Assembly: GCA_964016885.1 (NCBI GenBank)
Contig: OZ024742.1
Span: forward strand, 40,424,001 to 40,488,000
Direction of reading: 5' to 3'
Length of the DNA stretch: 64,000 bases
DNA from: Eledone cirrhosa
Taxonomy: Eukaryota
This document shows, one piece after another, positions 27,197-39,339 of the stretch. The stretch's first letter is position 1; every line of letters begins with the position of its first letter. Position numbers and translations under genes: made by a program. The notes under the pieces were generated by a model. The model saw nothing but the letters and a program-made list of their open reading frames with translations. It was not told the origin of the DNA and did no database searches.

Positions 27197-28478
27197 CGAG
27201 AGAGTCAACAAGAAGGAAAAAGAAAAAATTACTTTATATACAACTCCAAAACCATTGCCTCGACTGAGGTAGGTTCAGTGCAGCCAACTGGCCTGTCCCT
27301 CCTCATAACGGAGCCATCCAGTTCCAAAGTGTAATTATGGTTGGTGTTAGGAAGGGCATCCAGCTGTAAAATCTTCAGCCAAATTTATAGCCCCCTCGAA
27401 GCAAGGTACTGTGTGGCCAATTCTGGCCAGATATGGACAACCCGTCTAACCCATGCAAGCATGAAAAAATGGACGCTAAACAGTGATGATGATGGGGATA
27501 ATACAAAGAGACATAATTCAATATAAATTGGCCCTTCTTCACGCAGCCATTTTGAATGCCCAAAGAGAGGTTGATTCATTAACGACTGTGATCATGCAAT
27601 CTAGGCAAACCATGAAACCTAAGCTTTCACTACAGTTTTCATGTGTACAATTCATAAAATACGTCAGGGAAAGCAGACATTAAAAATTATGACTGTAATA
27701 TGTATGTGTATATATATGTGTATATCACACATACATTTACATGCACCTATATGTATACACATAAGCTGAAACAGGCTAATTTACATATAGGATACAACAG
27801 TGATAAATTATGATGATAGTAATGGCTGTAGTTATGATGATGATGATGATGATGATGGTAGAGGTAGGGTTTGTGATGATGATGATTATAATCATGATGT
27901 TATGAATAGAAAACTACTTTAACAAAGAATATATATACATATATATATGTGTGTATATATACATATATATAACAAAAAAACAATATTCTAAAAGCCAGCA
28001 CAAACCACAAACCGAATTAGAAAGTCAATTAGATCAATATTTCTAAAGCTTACGTAAATATTGAAGACAAGAAACAAACAAATAAAATAAAAGTAAAATC
28101 TTTATTAAAAAAACAGCAAAGAAAAACACAAAAGACACAACCACAAATCTTACTAATGACAACAGCAACAGAAAAAACTATATATATATATACTGTATAT
28201 ATATATATATATAAATATACATATATATACACATATATATATCTATATATACACATATATATACCTATATATACACATATATATACATATATGCACATAT
28301 ATATATATACACATATATACATATATATATATACATATATACACATATATATGCATATATACAGACATATATATATACATATATATACACACATATATAT
28401 ATACATATATACAAATATATATACATATATATACACACATATATATCTATATATACACACACACATATATATATATAA

Positions 28479-28521
<43 letters not shown>

Positions 28522-28689
28522 TAAATATATATATACACATATACATGTGTATATGCAAATATATATGTAGATATGCATACACAGGTATATGTAGATATGT
28601 GTGTATCCCTATGCGTCTGTCTGTATATATATGCATATATATGTACAGAAACATATGTGTGTAGGCATACACACACACACACACTCATA

Positions 28690-28729
<40 letters not shown>

Positions 28730-29104
28730 ATATATATATATATATGTAATATATTTTGTTTAAAACAGACGTGAAGTAGGAGTTTATTGATTTGCATACT
28801 AAAACATTTTTATAGATTTTTAATTAGCCCAGCACTTGGCACTTCTTTTGAAGTGGTCATGGGACAAGTTGTTGAATTGATAATCTTCCATTAATAGACA
28901 CAAAACATTGATGTATGTCAGGATATATTAAGTTTCAGGTCTTAGCTGGTGTTGCTACCACCCATTTCATTTCTTAATCATATTTCTCCCTTAGTCTCTT
29001 TCTCTATGTATACCTATGTATGTATGTACGTGTGTATATACATGTATATAAATATACATACATATACACACACACACACATATATATATATACATATATA
29101 TATA

Positions 29105-29275
29105 AGTTATTCCGGGTTGAATCGGAGGTAACCACAGTAAGTAAGGTACTCAATACATAGCAGAGTATAAAAGTTTTAATATAGACGAGCTGAGCTTCTA
29201 TAGGACTAGAACTGTTTCATTCGTGACTAGAACTGTTTCATTTCTCACGAATGAAACAGTTCTAGTCCTGTAGAA

Positions 29276-29279
<4 letters not shown>
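29105..29279 (-). mobile_element. Truncated pseudo-LTR-like element with 35-bp fold-back (29192-29226 / 29245-29279) holding the 3' half of an HHR
   Basis: GAAAcagttctaGTCctgtagaagc is present in both arms. Homologous to 14368-14520 and flanked by (TA)n and (TC)n. Confidence 0.7.
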
Positions 29280-29360
<81 letters not shown>

Positions 29361-29361
<1 letters not shown>

Positions 29362-29548
29362 CGAAGGAAATGTGGTAAGGAACCAGGTGGACCATAACGC
29401 ACCAAAGTACTCAATACTTTAGGTAGTAGAGTGGGTAATAGGAACCAGTAAGACCCCGACAGCTGAACTCAAGCCGTTTCGACGGCTAATTCTGGACAGA
29501 ATTAGCCGTCGAAACGGCTTGAGCTCAGCTGTCGGGGTCTTACTGGTT

Positions 29549-29553
<5 letters not shown>
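29361..29553 (-). mobile_element. Truncated pseudo-LTR-like element with 57-bp near-perfect hairpin (29438-29494 / 29497-29553) in (TA)n
   Basis: The arms differ at one position and carry a GAAAcggcttgag(c/t)tc half-HHR-like segment. Homologous to 12812-12950. Confidence 0.75.
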
Positions 29554-29608
<55 letters not shown>

Positions 29609-29713
29609 TATATATATACACACACATATATATACATACACATCATCATCAGGTTTAGCGTCCGTGTTCCACGCTTGCAACACATATATATATATATGTA
29701 TATATATACATAT

Positions 29714-29748
<35 letters not shown>

Positions 29749-29757
29749 CATATATAT

Positions 29758-29792
<35 letters not shown>

Positions 29793-29843
29793 CATATACA
29801 CACACACACATTTATATATACATATACACACACATATACATAT

Positions 29844-29876
<33 letters not shown>

Positions 29877-30083
29877 CTTAGGTACATATATATATGTATG
29901 CAAAAGGCTAACAGAAATAACAAAGCAAACAACACAGTACAAAGAAGAAATATGTTATTAATTTTACGCTTGATATAGTAGGAAAAGAGTCTTAACATTT
30001 CAGACGCTAATTCATATATATATATATATATATATTGAAGGGATAACAAGGACGATATATATATATATAAAGATATATATATA

Positions 30084-30225
30084 CCATATTTTCTGGCATC
30101 GAAGACGCTACTATTTCCCTAAAATAAGTCTAAAAAATCTTATTTATTATTTTTTTTCAAATTTTTGATTGTCAAAATTAGGGTGGTCCTCGAGGACGAA
30201 GTGTCTTCGGCGCCAGGAAATAGGG
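30084..30225. mobile_element. Tc1/mariner-superfamily (Tc2-like) MITE with TA TSD
   Basis: ta-CCATATTTTCTGGCATCGAAGACGCT ... AGTGTCTTCGGCGCCAGGAAATAGGG-ta. Confidence 0.7.
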
Positions 30226-30385
30226 TAAATGAGTGAGAGAGAGAGACAGACAGAGAGAGCGAGAGAGAATTTTATATATATAATGATATACGCTATGTTT
30301 ACAAATAAGCATTTTCGAAGCCTTCTGGTTATGAATATTAAAGCTGGCAGCTAGCGCCATCTAGTATGTTCCAGCGGAATCAGCG

Positions 30386-30440
30386 GGGGACAACTGCTTA
30401 TGCATTTCTGGCTATGGCTGTCGTCAGGAGAGTGCTTCCC
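30386..30440 (-). ncRNA. Hammerhead ribozyme copy, left arm (degenerate stem I)
   Basis: Minus strand: CTGACGA-cagccatagcca-GAAA-tgc-ATA-agcagttgtcccc. Confidence 0.45.
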
Positions 30441-30620
30441 TTGTTGTTTGTTGGAATTTGAAACGGGCGAAAATATATATTAATAGTTTTTTTGCCTATT
30501 TGTACAAGCAGGCTTAGCTTAAAAGTAGAATTAAAGTTTTGCTCTAACATAGCTGTATACCTATATGTGCATTTCACATATCTATATATTTTTGCCTGTT
30601 TCAAATTCCAACAGACAGCA

Positions 30621-30676
30621 GGGGAAGCACTGGCCTGACGACAGCCATAGCCAGAAATGCATTGGCAGTTGTCCCC
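30621..30676 (+). ncRNA. Type I minimal hammerhead ribozyme, right arm
   Basis: gggga.agc.actggc-CTGACGA-cagccatagcca-GAAA-tgc-ATT-ggcagt.tg.tcccc. Palindromic ATGCAT at stem III; stem II is imperfect. Confidence 0.6.
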
Positions 30677-30829
30677 GGCTATTCTGCTGGAATCCACTAG
30701 AAGGCGCTAGCTGCCAGTTTTGATATTCATAGCCAGAAGGCTTTCAAAATGCTTATTTGTAAACATAGCATATATCATTTTATATACATATAAACATACA
30801 TGCACACACATATATATATCTGTACAACC

Positions 30830-31535
30830 CCCTTTCAATGTTGGTACCCTGAAAGATAAATTAAGTGATATTGTGGAGGTGTTAGAGAGGAAAGAAGTGG
30901 ATATATGCTGTGTACAGATGTGAGATGGAGGAGTGCCTCAATGAGACTATTCACAGGAAACAACATAGATGCAAACTTTCCTGGTTAAGGAATGAGGTAG
31001 GTGATGTAGCTATTCTACTAGCTGTGGAATGGATAGATAAGGTATAGAGGTAGTTAGAGTAAGTGACAGCTTAAAATAATTGTAGAAAATAGAATGGTGA
31101 CAATTATATCCACTTATACACTAGAGACAGGACTGAGTAAAGAACAAAGGACTGGTTCTATGAGGATCTTTTACTGACAACGTCAGATATTGATGAAAAA
31201 CAACTCAACTTAACAGTCGACTTCAATGGAGATGTTGGACAGTACCAAGATGGATTCAGATAAGTGATGTGCAAGAGAGAAAACTGTATTGGTACAGATT
31301 TGTGATGAGTATGGATGATAATCGCTAGGTGAACAAGTGCCAGATAAACCCAGTGGAAGGAAGCTGCAGTAGAGGGAAAGCAAGGAAGACCTGGAGAGAG
31401 GTAGTGAGAGCTATCTCAAATTGCTGAGACTCACAGAGGAGATGATGAAGGATTGCAGTGAATAGAGAGATGCTGTGCTGAAAAGGACCCATTCAACTCA
31501 TGCAAGCATGGAAAGACATATGATGATGATGATAC
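30830..31535 (+). mobile_element. Internally deleted RTE LINE: AP-endonuclease start joined to the 3' end
   Basis: FNVGTLKDKLSDIVEVLERKEVDICCVQ (APE motifs I/II) and a DFNGDVG-like motif, then a G..RKTW-like C-terminus and tail. Confidence 0.8.
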
Positions 31536-31575
31536 ACACACGCATATATATAAATATATATACATATATATATAT

Positions 31576-32019
31576 CATCATCATCATCATCACCGTTTTA
31601 CGTCCGTTCTTCCATGCTAGTATGGGTTAGATTGGGTTGTCCTGTTGTGGGCAGTGTCCGGTCGGCTTACCTTGTCTTGCTCATATGGGAACTGATTCTG
31701 GTTTGATTTCTACAGCTGGATGCCCTTCCTAACACCAACCTCATTTACAGTGAGTGCTGGGTGCTTTTTTCCGTGGCGCCTACACGTCCACTTTGCAGTG
31801 TGGGCTGGGTGCTTTTTTGCCGTGGCACCTCCACGACCACTTTGCAGTGGAATGATAGGGACCCCAGTCCTATCATCTCATTTCTACAGCTGAGTAAACT
31901 GGAGCAATGTGAAATAAAGTGTCTTGCTCAAGGAAACAACACATCACCCAGTCTGAGAATTGAACTCACAACCTTTCGATTGCAAGCCCAATGCTCTAAC
32001 CACTAAGCCACGCACCTTC
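31576..32019 (-). mobile_element. Full-length tRNA-derived SINE (family 2) with RTE-LINE-derived 3' tail
   Basis: tRNA-like head with A/B boxes at 32019-31950. Its 3' ~270 bp are nearly identical to the LINE 3' UTR at 36-305. Confidence 0.9.
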
Positions 32020-32734
32020 ATATATATATATATATACACATATATATATATATATATACATATATACATATATATACATATATATATATATAAATGATGA
32101 AATATATATATATATATATACGCACACAAATAAACATATACACACCGTACAAATATATATATATATACACACACACAAACATACATACATGCATACATAT
32201 ATATATATATATACACTCACACAGACATGTACACACACATTTCTCTTTTCAAAATTACTGCAATACAAATGACCTAGAAACAATGTATTGGCACATTTCA
32301 TGTCAGATTATATAATCATGATGAGATTTTGAATCTTCTATCCTGGAGAAACAACTTCCCACATTCCTTCTTGTAACACATGCTGTGACAAGGTCTTTAC
32401 ATGATCAATCGATCTGTAGCAACACATTCTTCTGTAACACTTTTCATACCACTCCCACCACTACCACCACTACCACCACTACCATCTGATACCACTTTTG
32501 ATTCTATGATGAAAAAATCACTAGTTTTAAAGCTCCATCCCATGCCAGCATAGAAAATATACATCAAATAATAATGATGAAGAGGAAGTGGAAGAGAAGG
32601 AGTAGAATGAGGAGTTGGATGAGGAGTAGGGGTTATATTTATGTTATACCCAGCCACCATAGCTTTATCTAAGAACATTTGCTGCATTATTTTCCCAACA
32701 TCAGCTTAATATTATGAGTGTCTTTATTGACTAT

Positions 32735-32737
<3 letters not shown>

Positions 32738-32810
<73 letters not shown>
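32738..32810 (+). repeat. (CA)n microsatellite
   Basis: Directly visible. Confidence 0.95.
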
Positions 32811-32814
<4 letters not shown>

Positions 32815-32879
32815 GATGATTGCTTCATCTTTTCAGATGATAGTTGTCTCAATATCATCTCCATCCTTTCAGCCAGTTT

Positions 32880-33430
32880 ACACCATCCCATGTGCATGAA
32901 GGTGACTTTTCAATCCACTATCTGATTTACAAGGTCTGGGGCACAACTACCCGATGTGTGTACAGAGTTTGTTGAACCAGGATGTGGAATCTCATGTTGA
33001 ACCAGGACGTTCATATGGTGTTTTAACCCAGAGATTGTTTTACATATCTTGCTAAAAATTTGAGAAGTAGTCACATCTGGAGATGCAAGGAGATTTTCAA
33101 CATAATCTGTCTGTTCATCCATTTTCATATGGTTTACAAACCCGACTTTAGAGAGAAGGAGACAGTAGCAGAAATAGCAATTCCAACAATCAACGTTTTC
33201 AAACCCTGCCAATTGACCCTTTCATGGTGTCCATTTTAGCTCTGTTTCTACTATTTTCACTTCATCCAATAATTGACTCATTGCTTTAATTGTCTTTCTC
33301 CGTGTATTACAATCAAAAGCTTGATTTTCCTATCGATTTATATTTAAATCCAGACATTTTATATTTTCCTTAATACATTCTTTGTACTCTTTCTTAAGCT
33401 TATGCTATGGTCTTTTTCCTTGAGAAAACA
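32880..33430 (-). mobile_element. Decayed LINE 3' region with C2H2-like finger remnants (RTE-like)
   Basis: SKICKTISGLKHHM and an upstream basic K.YKECIK-like segment. Confidence 0.45.
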
Positions 33431-33528
33431 ACACCAATAATCAGCCTGTGATATATCAATGAATTGAAACAGAATGAGTAATTTTTATTTTTTCTTTGTG
33501 TTATTTTTATTCCTGTAATTGTTCAATT

Positions 33529-33595
33529 AATAGCTGTCTGATGAAGTCCTAACTGTTGCATAACAGTTATCATCAAAATATATTTAACAGCAATT
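33529..33595 (+). ncRNA. Decayed type I hammerhead
   Basis: aatagctgt-CTGATGA-..taactgtt(gcat)aacagtta..-(A)AAA-tatat-TTA-acagcaatt. G12 is lost. Confidence 0.45.
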
Positions 33596-33648
33596 GTGTA
33601 ATGAATAAATGAGGTAAACTCTAACCTGTTGACTTATACTTCATTATC

Positions 33649-33845
33649 GGCGGTGGATTGGCAGTATCGGTAGAGGGTCGGACGCCATACTTTGAAGCAT
33701 AGAGTTACCACCCTTTATGATCTGAGTTCAAATCCTGCCGAGGTTAACTTTGCCTTTCATCCTTACGGGGTCGATAAAATAAAGTACCAGTAATACACTG
33801 GGATAATTGCTAGCCTTGTGCCAAAAGTAGAAACAATTATCATAA
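33649..33845 (+). mobile_element. tRNA-derived SINE (family 1), full length
   Basis: A-box-like tggcagtatcgg, B-box gagttcaaatcc, and an (ATT)-rich tail. Confidence 0.85.
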
Positions 33846-33935
33846 TTATAATCCGGAGTACACAGACCTACTTGTTTACTTCATTGAGTGCTTTATCCTG
33901 CATACACTAGTGTCGGTTGTTTAACTAACACATAT

Positions 33936-34015
<80 letters not shown>

Positions 34016-34847
34016 ATAATATGTGTTAGTTATATTTATATATATATATAATTCAGACAGGAGATGATGTTACTACCATTAACATTTTAATCTGGCATAA
34101 AACCAGCTGGTACCCTTAACTAATGTGTTGTAATATTGTTAAATATAGATATGTGTGTGTGTGTGTGTGTGAGTATGTGTATGAGAGAGAGTTATATTAA
34201 AGACATAACTGTGTTCCAGTTTAATCATTATTTATGATTTTTTTCATATTTCCCTAATAGTCATTTATATTTAAATTGGAACAGTAATGTTCCTAAGTCC
34301 ATTAATGTTTCAATGTTTCTAAACCTAGACCAAGACAATCTAGAATTGTTAATGGGCATAGCAATGTTATTGTTCCAAATTAAACAAAGTACTAATAAAG
34401 AACTATAAAAAGCCATTAATAAAAAATGCTTAAACCTCAAACAGCCATGTCTTTAATATATCTACCCAGACCACTCTGCAAAATAATAGTGGTTGTCATG
34501 ATAAAATACACACAATACACACACTAAAGTGATAGTGCTGGTGCTATGATAAAATGCACCCTGCTCCCTCTGTAAAATGGTAGTGCTAGTGTCACAAAGA
34601 AATGCATCAAGTACACATTGTAAAGTGGTTGGTGCTAGGTAAATGACACCAAACTGGAAGATATAAGTAGGATATGGTCATCTAACCTGTCTAGTCCCAG
34701 AATATTACAATACATCCAACTCATGCTAGAGTGGAAAATGGACATAGAATGATGATAAAAATGATAATGATGATACATATCCTTTAGTACTTGTGAGTAC
34801 TCAATACCATACTAGTGAATACCAATCTAGTATGACTGATCCAGTAG

Positions 34848-34897
34848 CCTGTTTCTCTGGAGTTTCATACCAGCAGGCTTCTGGTTTTTCAGACAGG
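34848..34897 (-). ncRNA. Decayed type I hammerhead in a pseudo-LTR-like remnant
   Basis: Minus strand: cctgt-CTGAAAA-accag(aagcctg)ctggt.at-GAAA-ctccaga-GAA-acagg, with downstream TATTGAGTACT and an upstream 30-bp unit repeated ~2.5 times. Confidence 0.45.
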
Positions 34898-35104
34898 AAA
34901 ACACTATATGCTTAGAAATCAGACAGGAAAACATTAGATGCTTAGAAATCTGACTGGAAAACATGCATGGGGAAGAGAGAGAAACAAAAATAGATGGAGT
35001 GGACAACATTAGTGGCACATACAGGCATTCATACATATGTGATGGGGTGAGCAATAAAGGAAAAAAAGAAAGGGATAGAGAGAAAAAAGAGTGGAAAGAT
35101 AGAG

Positions 35105-35141
<37 letters not shown>

Positions 35142-35743
35142 AAAACAGTGGGAGAGAATGAGTCAGAAGAAAAGACAGAGGGGAGAAGGGAACTGTAGAC
35201 ATGGAAAGAATTATTTATTCTGTCAATGAATGTTCATTGTTTTTATGTATTTAAAATATATACATGCCTACATAGATAAGAAATAAAGAACCCTTAATTC
35301 TAATGTTGTAGTAGGGATGTTGTCTTGACATATGTCATGTCTTATTCATTTTAAGCTTGGTGGAGTCTCTCCCTGTCCCGATCTGACTACAGAGAAGGTG
35401 AGAGAAGAAGAGGAAGAATCAACCCTAATACTTGACTGACACTGTATTGACTCTGAAAGATGAAAGACAAAGTTGACCTCAGCAGGATTTGAACTCAGGG
35501 CACAGGGAACTTAAACAAGTACCTTTAATCTGATGCACTAATGATTCTATCACTTTTCTGCCTTACATACCTACATACATGTATATATACATATTTGATG
35601 ATGGTATATATATATATACATATTTGATGATGGTATATATATATATATACATATTTGATGATGGTATATATATATATATATACATATTTGATGATGGTAT
35701 ATATATATATACATATTTGATGATGGTATATATATATATACTC

Positions 35744-35787
<44 letters not shown>

Positions 35788-35917
35788 TAAAATAACAGAT
35801 TAAAGTTTAATAAATATTTGCTCTACGGTTCTTATATATTTGATATATATTTATCCCTATCGAGCCCTCTTTGGATTTTAGTCTTCAAATTTATTATTAT
35901 TATTACTATATATATAG

Positions 35918-36106
35918 GGCGGTGGATTGGCAGTATCAGTAGAGACTCGGACGCCATGCTTTCCAGCATAGTTACGTCCCTTTACGGTCTGTGTTCAAAT
36001 CCCGCCGAGGTTAACTTTGCCTTTCATCCTTACGGGGTCGATAAAATAAAGTACCAGTAATGTACTGGGTAATTGCTGGCCTTGTGCCAAAAGTAGAAAC
36101 AATTAT

Positions 36107-36108
<2 letters not shown>
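35918..36108 (+). mobile_element. tRNA-derived SINE (family 1), full length
   Basis: Highly similar to 33649-33845. Confidence 0.85.
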
Positions 36109-36147
<39 letters not shown>

Positions 36148-36175
36148 TGGTTACACAACAGTTAGTTCACTATAC

Positions 36176-36214
36176 CGAGAACAATTGTTTCACCTTAGCG
36201 GATCCTCAGCTCGT
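36176..36214 (-). ncRNA. Type I minimal hammerhead, left arm
   Basis: Minus strand: cgag-CTGAGGA-tcc(gctaa)ggt-GAAA-c(aatt)-GTT-ctcg. Confidence 0.7.
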
Positions 36215-36726
36215 AATGGTCATGGTTATACGGAACAGGAAGGACAACCGTACGAACGCGAATGCGCAGAAACGATCACTTCACACAGGCAATACTAAAT
36301 TGCGTGCGAGAGGTGTAAGGGAGATAACTGCAAAAGTCCGAAAGCTTTCTAGTTGATAAGAAAATTAGGATGTTGTAATTCAATCCGGAGCTTTGTAGTT
36401 ATGTAAGAGGTGTTTCCAGACGTGTGGACAACGTGTGAAGAATTCACACCTTAAGTTTAGGCAATCACTATTGCGAGCCATGTATGGCCCCTCAAGGACT
36501 CAAGTATAGACTACTCCATTCAATGGAAAGCCATCACTAAGTCCAAGCCATACGCAAGGGGCAATCCGTCTTGTGGACTGTGTATTGATGAATGAATAAA
36601 TATTCTAAAGAGATTACGCAATAGTGATTGCCTAAACTCAATTTAGTATTACCTGTGTGAAGTGATCGTTTCTGCGCATGCGCGTTCGTACGGTTGTCCT
36701 TCCTGTTCCATATAACCATGACCATT

Positions 36727-36766
36727 ATGAGCTGAGGATCCGCTAAGGTGAAACAATTGTTCTCGA
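36727..36766 (+). ncRNA. Type I minimal hammerhead, right arm
   Basis: tgag-CTGAGGA-tcc(gctaa)ggt-GAAA-c(aatt)-GTT-ctcg. Palindromic CAATTG stem III, with predicted cleavage after 36761. Confidence 0.7.
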
Positions 36767-36903
36767 TATGGTGAACTAACTGTTGTGTAACCATTTATAC
36801 CTAACTCATCCCATGGACTGAGTGCTCTACCACTACAGATATTAACTTCCACTATATATATATATATACCATCATCATTTAACGTCCATATCATTGAGCT
36901 GTT

Positions 36904-37462
36904 ATGTATATTACTGACTAAATCTTAAATATGTATTAATGGCCACTCCTTAATTGCCAAGTTGTTAGACGTTTTTAAATTGACTGCTATTTCTAGTAAA
37001 AATTTATACTCGTCACCTAGTCAGTTCTGTACAAAGTTTGCCTTGCTGTTAATTCTACTCATGCGTGTTTCCTTGTGCACCATGCTGGATTATTTCAAGA
37101 ACACAAGCCCAGCAACAGGTGAATATATATTATCTCTATTAATTTTAGAATCAGAAATTCCCACTCTGATGATCAAGTAATGTCTGGCGATAATTAGTCA
37201 ACTTAATTAATTAGGATGGTTGATTCTGTTATTTCAACTTTTAAAACTGCAGTTAGAGGATATAAAAAGTTTGTTATATGTTGTTTTTTTTTTTGCCTCT
37301 AGGTATGCGCTAGTGAAGTTCTTTATTTTAGAGTGCTTTACAGAGATTTTTAGTCAATTCTGAGCCTTAATCCAGATGGTTCTATATTTGCATTGTATTC
37401 TGTTCTAAGCGATAATATTCTTTGAGATGTAATGTATATTACTGACTAAATTTTAAATATGC

Positions 37463-37466
<4 letters not shown>
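36904..37466 (+). mobile_element. ~530-bp unit with 35-bp terminal direct repeats and a decayed HHR-like motif (retrozyme-like)
   Basis: atgtatattactgactaaat(c/t)ttaaatatg(t/c)atta at 36904 and 37432. CTGATGA at 37166 and GATA (for GAAA) at 37189. Ends in (TA)n. Confidence 0.45.
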
Positions 37467-37499
<33 letters not shown>

Positions 37500-39339
37500 A
37501 TTGTACCATGAAATGAGCAAAAATTATATATATCATCATCATTTAATATATATAATATATATAAGTGATATAGGTACCACCAAATAAACAATATGTGTAT
37601 GTTATGTATATATGTGTATAGGTTTTACTCATTTTAGAGCACCTTATTGTGATTAAATGACTGGTTGAACAGAACCTTAATTCAGATTTCTAATTCCCTA
37701 TAGCTTACATATGTCAAATTGTTAAATGGCTGTTGTCAACAAGTGCACCCAGCCATAGAATCCATGCCAAAATTAGAATGTTATGATTGAGATATGTTCC
37801 TCTAACCTGTCCATGAGAGCAGTAATTATAAATAGTTACTGAGTCAAACTCTAACGACCTATCCAACCATTGCTAAAATGGATAACAGACATAAAATGGT
37901 GATGAAGATGATGACTATAAGGTTGAGGGGAATGATGACAACCATAATAAAAATGTTGATGATGATGATAATGATAATAATGCACACACAGCCAGACAAA
38001 AGTAGACCACAGAGATTTATATTCCTCGCATAAAAGAACAGCAAAATGGATGTTATATTTAGAATTGGGACATTGGGGCAACCAGTTCAGTATTGTATTT
38101 TTTTACCTTACTGTCAAAAAGACAGGTTTCCACTCTAATTTCATGGTGGAGTGGTTAGCATTAGGAAATGCATCTCCACTATACAAGTTATTTTTATCTG
38201 ATGAAATATAAGCAACATACTAATGCAGAAATGTCACAATTAAAATACACACACACATTATATATATATATATATATTTATATGGTGATATTGGGGTATT
38301 TGTGATTGATGATGGAATGGTGACAACGGAGAGTACAAAATACTCTCTGGTTTATCAAGGATCTGACAACTTCTCTAATGCCAATGCTATGATAAAATGC
38401 ACCCAGTACACTCTGTAAAGGGGTTGTAGTTATGGAAGGCATCCAGCTGTAGAAACCATGCCAAAATTGTAAGATATTAGTATAAGTTGATCCCCTAACC
38501 CATCACGTAGGGCAATAACTATAAATAAGAACAAACTCAGGCTGTAATGACTTGTCCAACTGTTGTCAACATAGAAAACAAATGTAAAATGATAAAGATG
38601 ATGTTCTGGGTACATGAGAAAGATATGAAGCTTGGAATACTAAAAGTTTAAATATTAGGGAACAAATGAAGAATTAAAATATGGTAAAAAATGACAACAA
38701 AGCAGCCATGATATTGATGGTGATGATGGCAGTTGTGGTAGTGGTAATGATGGGGATGCTAATGTAGGTACTGGTGATGGTGATGATAATGAGGATGAGA
38801 GCATTGTGTCGCAGTAGCATCATGCCAAAATTTTAAAATATTGCCATTTTCAAAAATCAATAAATATCCTTCATGAATGTGTGTATGTGTAAATGTATGT
38901 GAATGTGTGTACATGAATATATGTGTGTATATGTTTGTGTGAATGTGTGCATGCATGTGTGTAAGTGTGAATGTTTATGCGTGCCTGTAAATCCATTTGT
39001 ATGTGTGTTTTTATTGGAATCATTAGAATTGTGTTCTGATATTTCTGGACCAATTTTAAATATAATGAAATGTCAGTAAAATGGTAGATGGTGAAGTGGG
39101 AGACTGTAGCGGTTGGTGTAGTCAGCAATGCAGGACAATGACATGTAAAGGAAGTTGGGGGAGGTGTAGTGGGTAGGGAAACACACACAAAAAAGGAGAC
39201 AGTATTATTTTATTCCAATGGGACATGGAAAGAAGAATTGATACAGTTTCCTTCAATGGGAAGATCAATACATCTCCTCCTACATCTCCTCCTACTTATA
39301 CTACTACTTCTACTACTTCTACTACTACTACTAATAATA

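Larger units (their letters stand above)
30282..30779. mobile_element. Fold-back element: ~200-bp diverged inverted arms (30282-30480 / 30583-30779), each with an HHR
   Basis: The arms align as reverse complements with scattered substitutions and are flanked by TA-rich tracts. Confidence 0.85.
36148..36852. mobile_element. Fold-back element: 155-bp inverted arms (36148-36302 / 36639-36793), each with an HHR, in (TA)n
   Basis: ORFs 36147..36356(+) and 36537..36794(-) translate almost identically. A nested 22-bp inverted repeat lies at 36455-36476 / 36617-36638. Confidence 0.9.

Noticed and set aside
27525-27680. Possible regulatory element (GCCATTTTG YY1-like motif, TAAT/TTTAT motifs)
   Set aside because: Short motifs alone are not evidence without conservation or chromatin data.
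38325-38365. Minus-strand TTGATAA plus hairpin resembling a U3-A8 HHR
   Set aside because: No GAAA, stem III or stem I partner.
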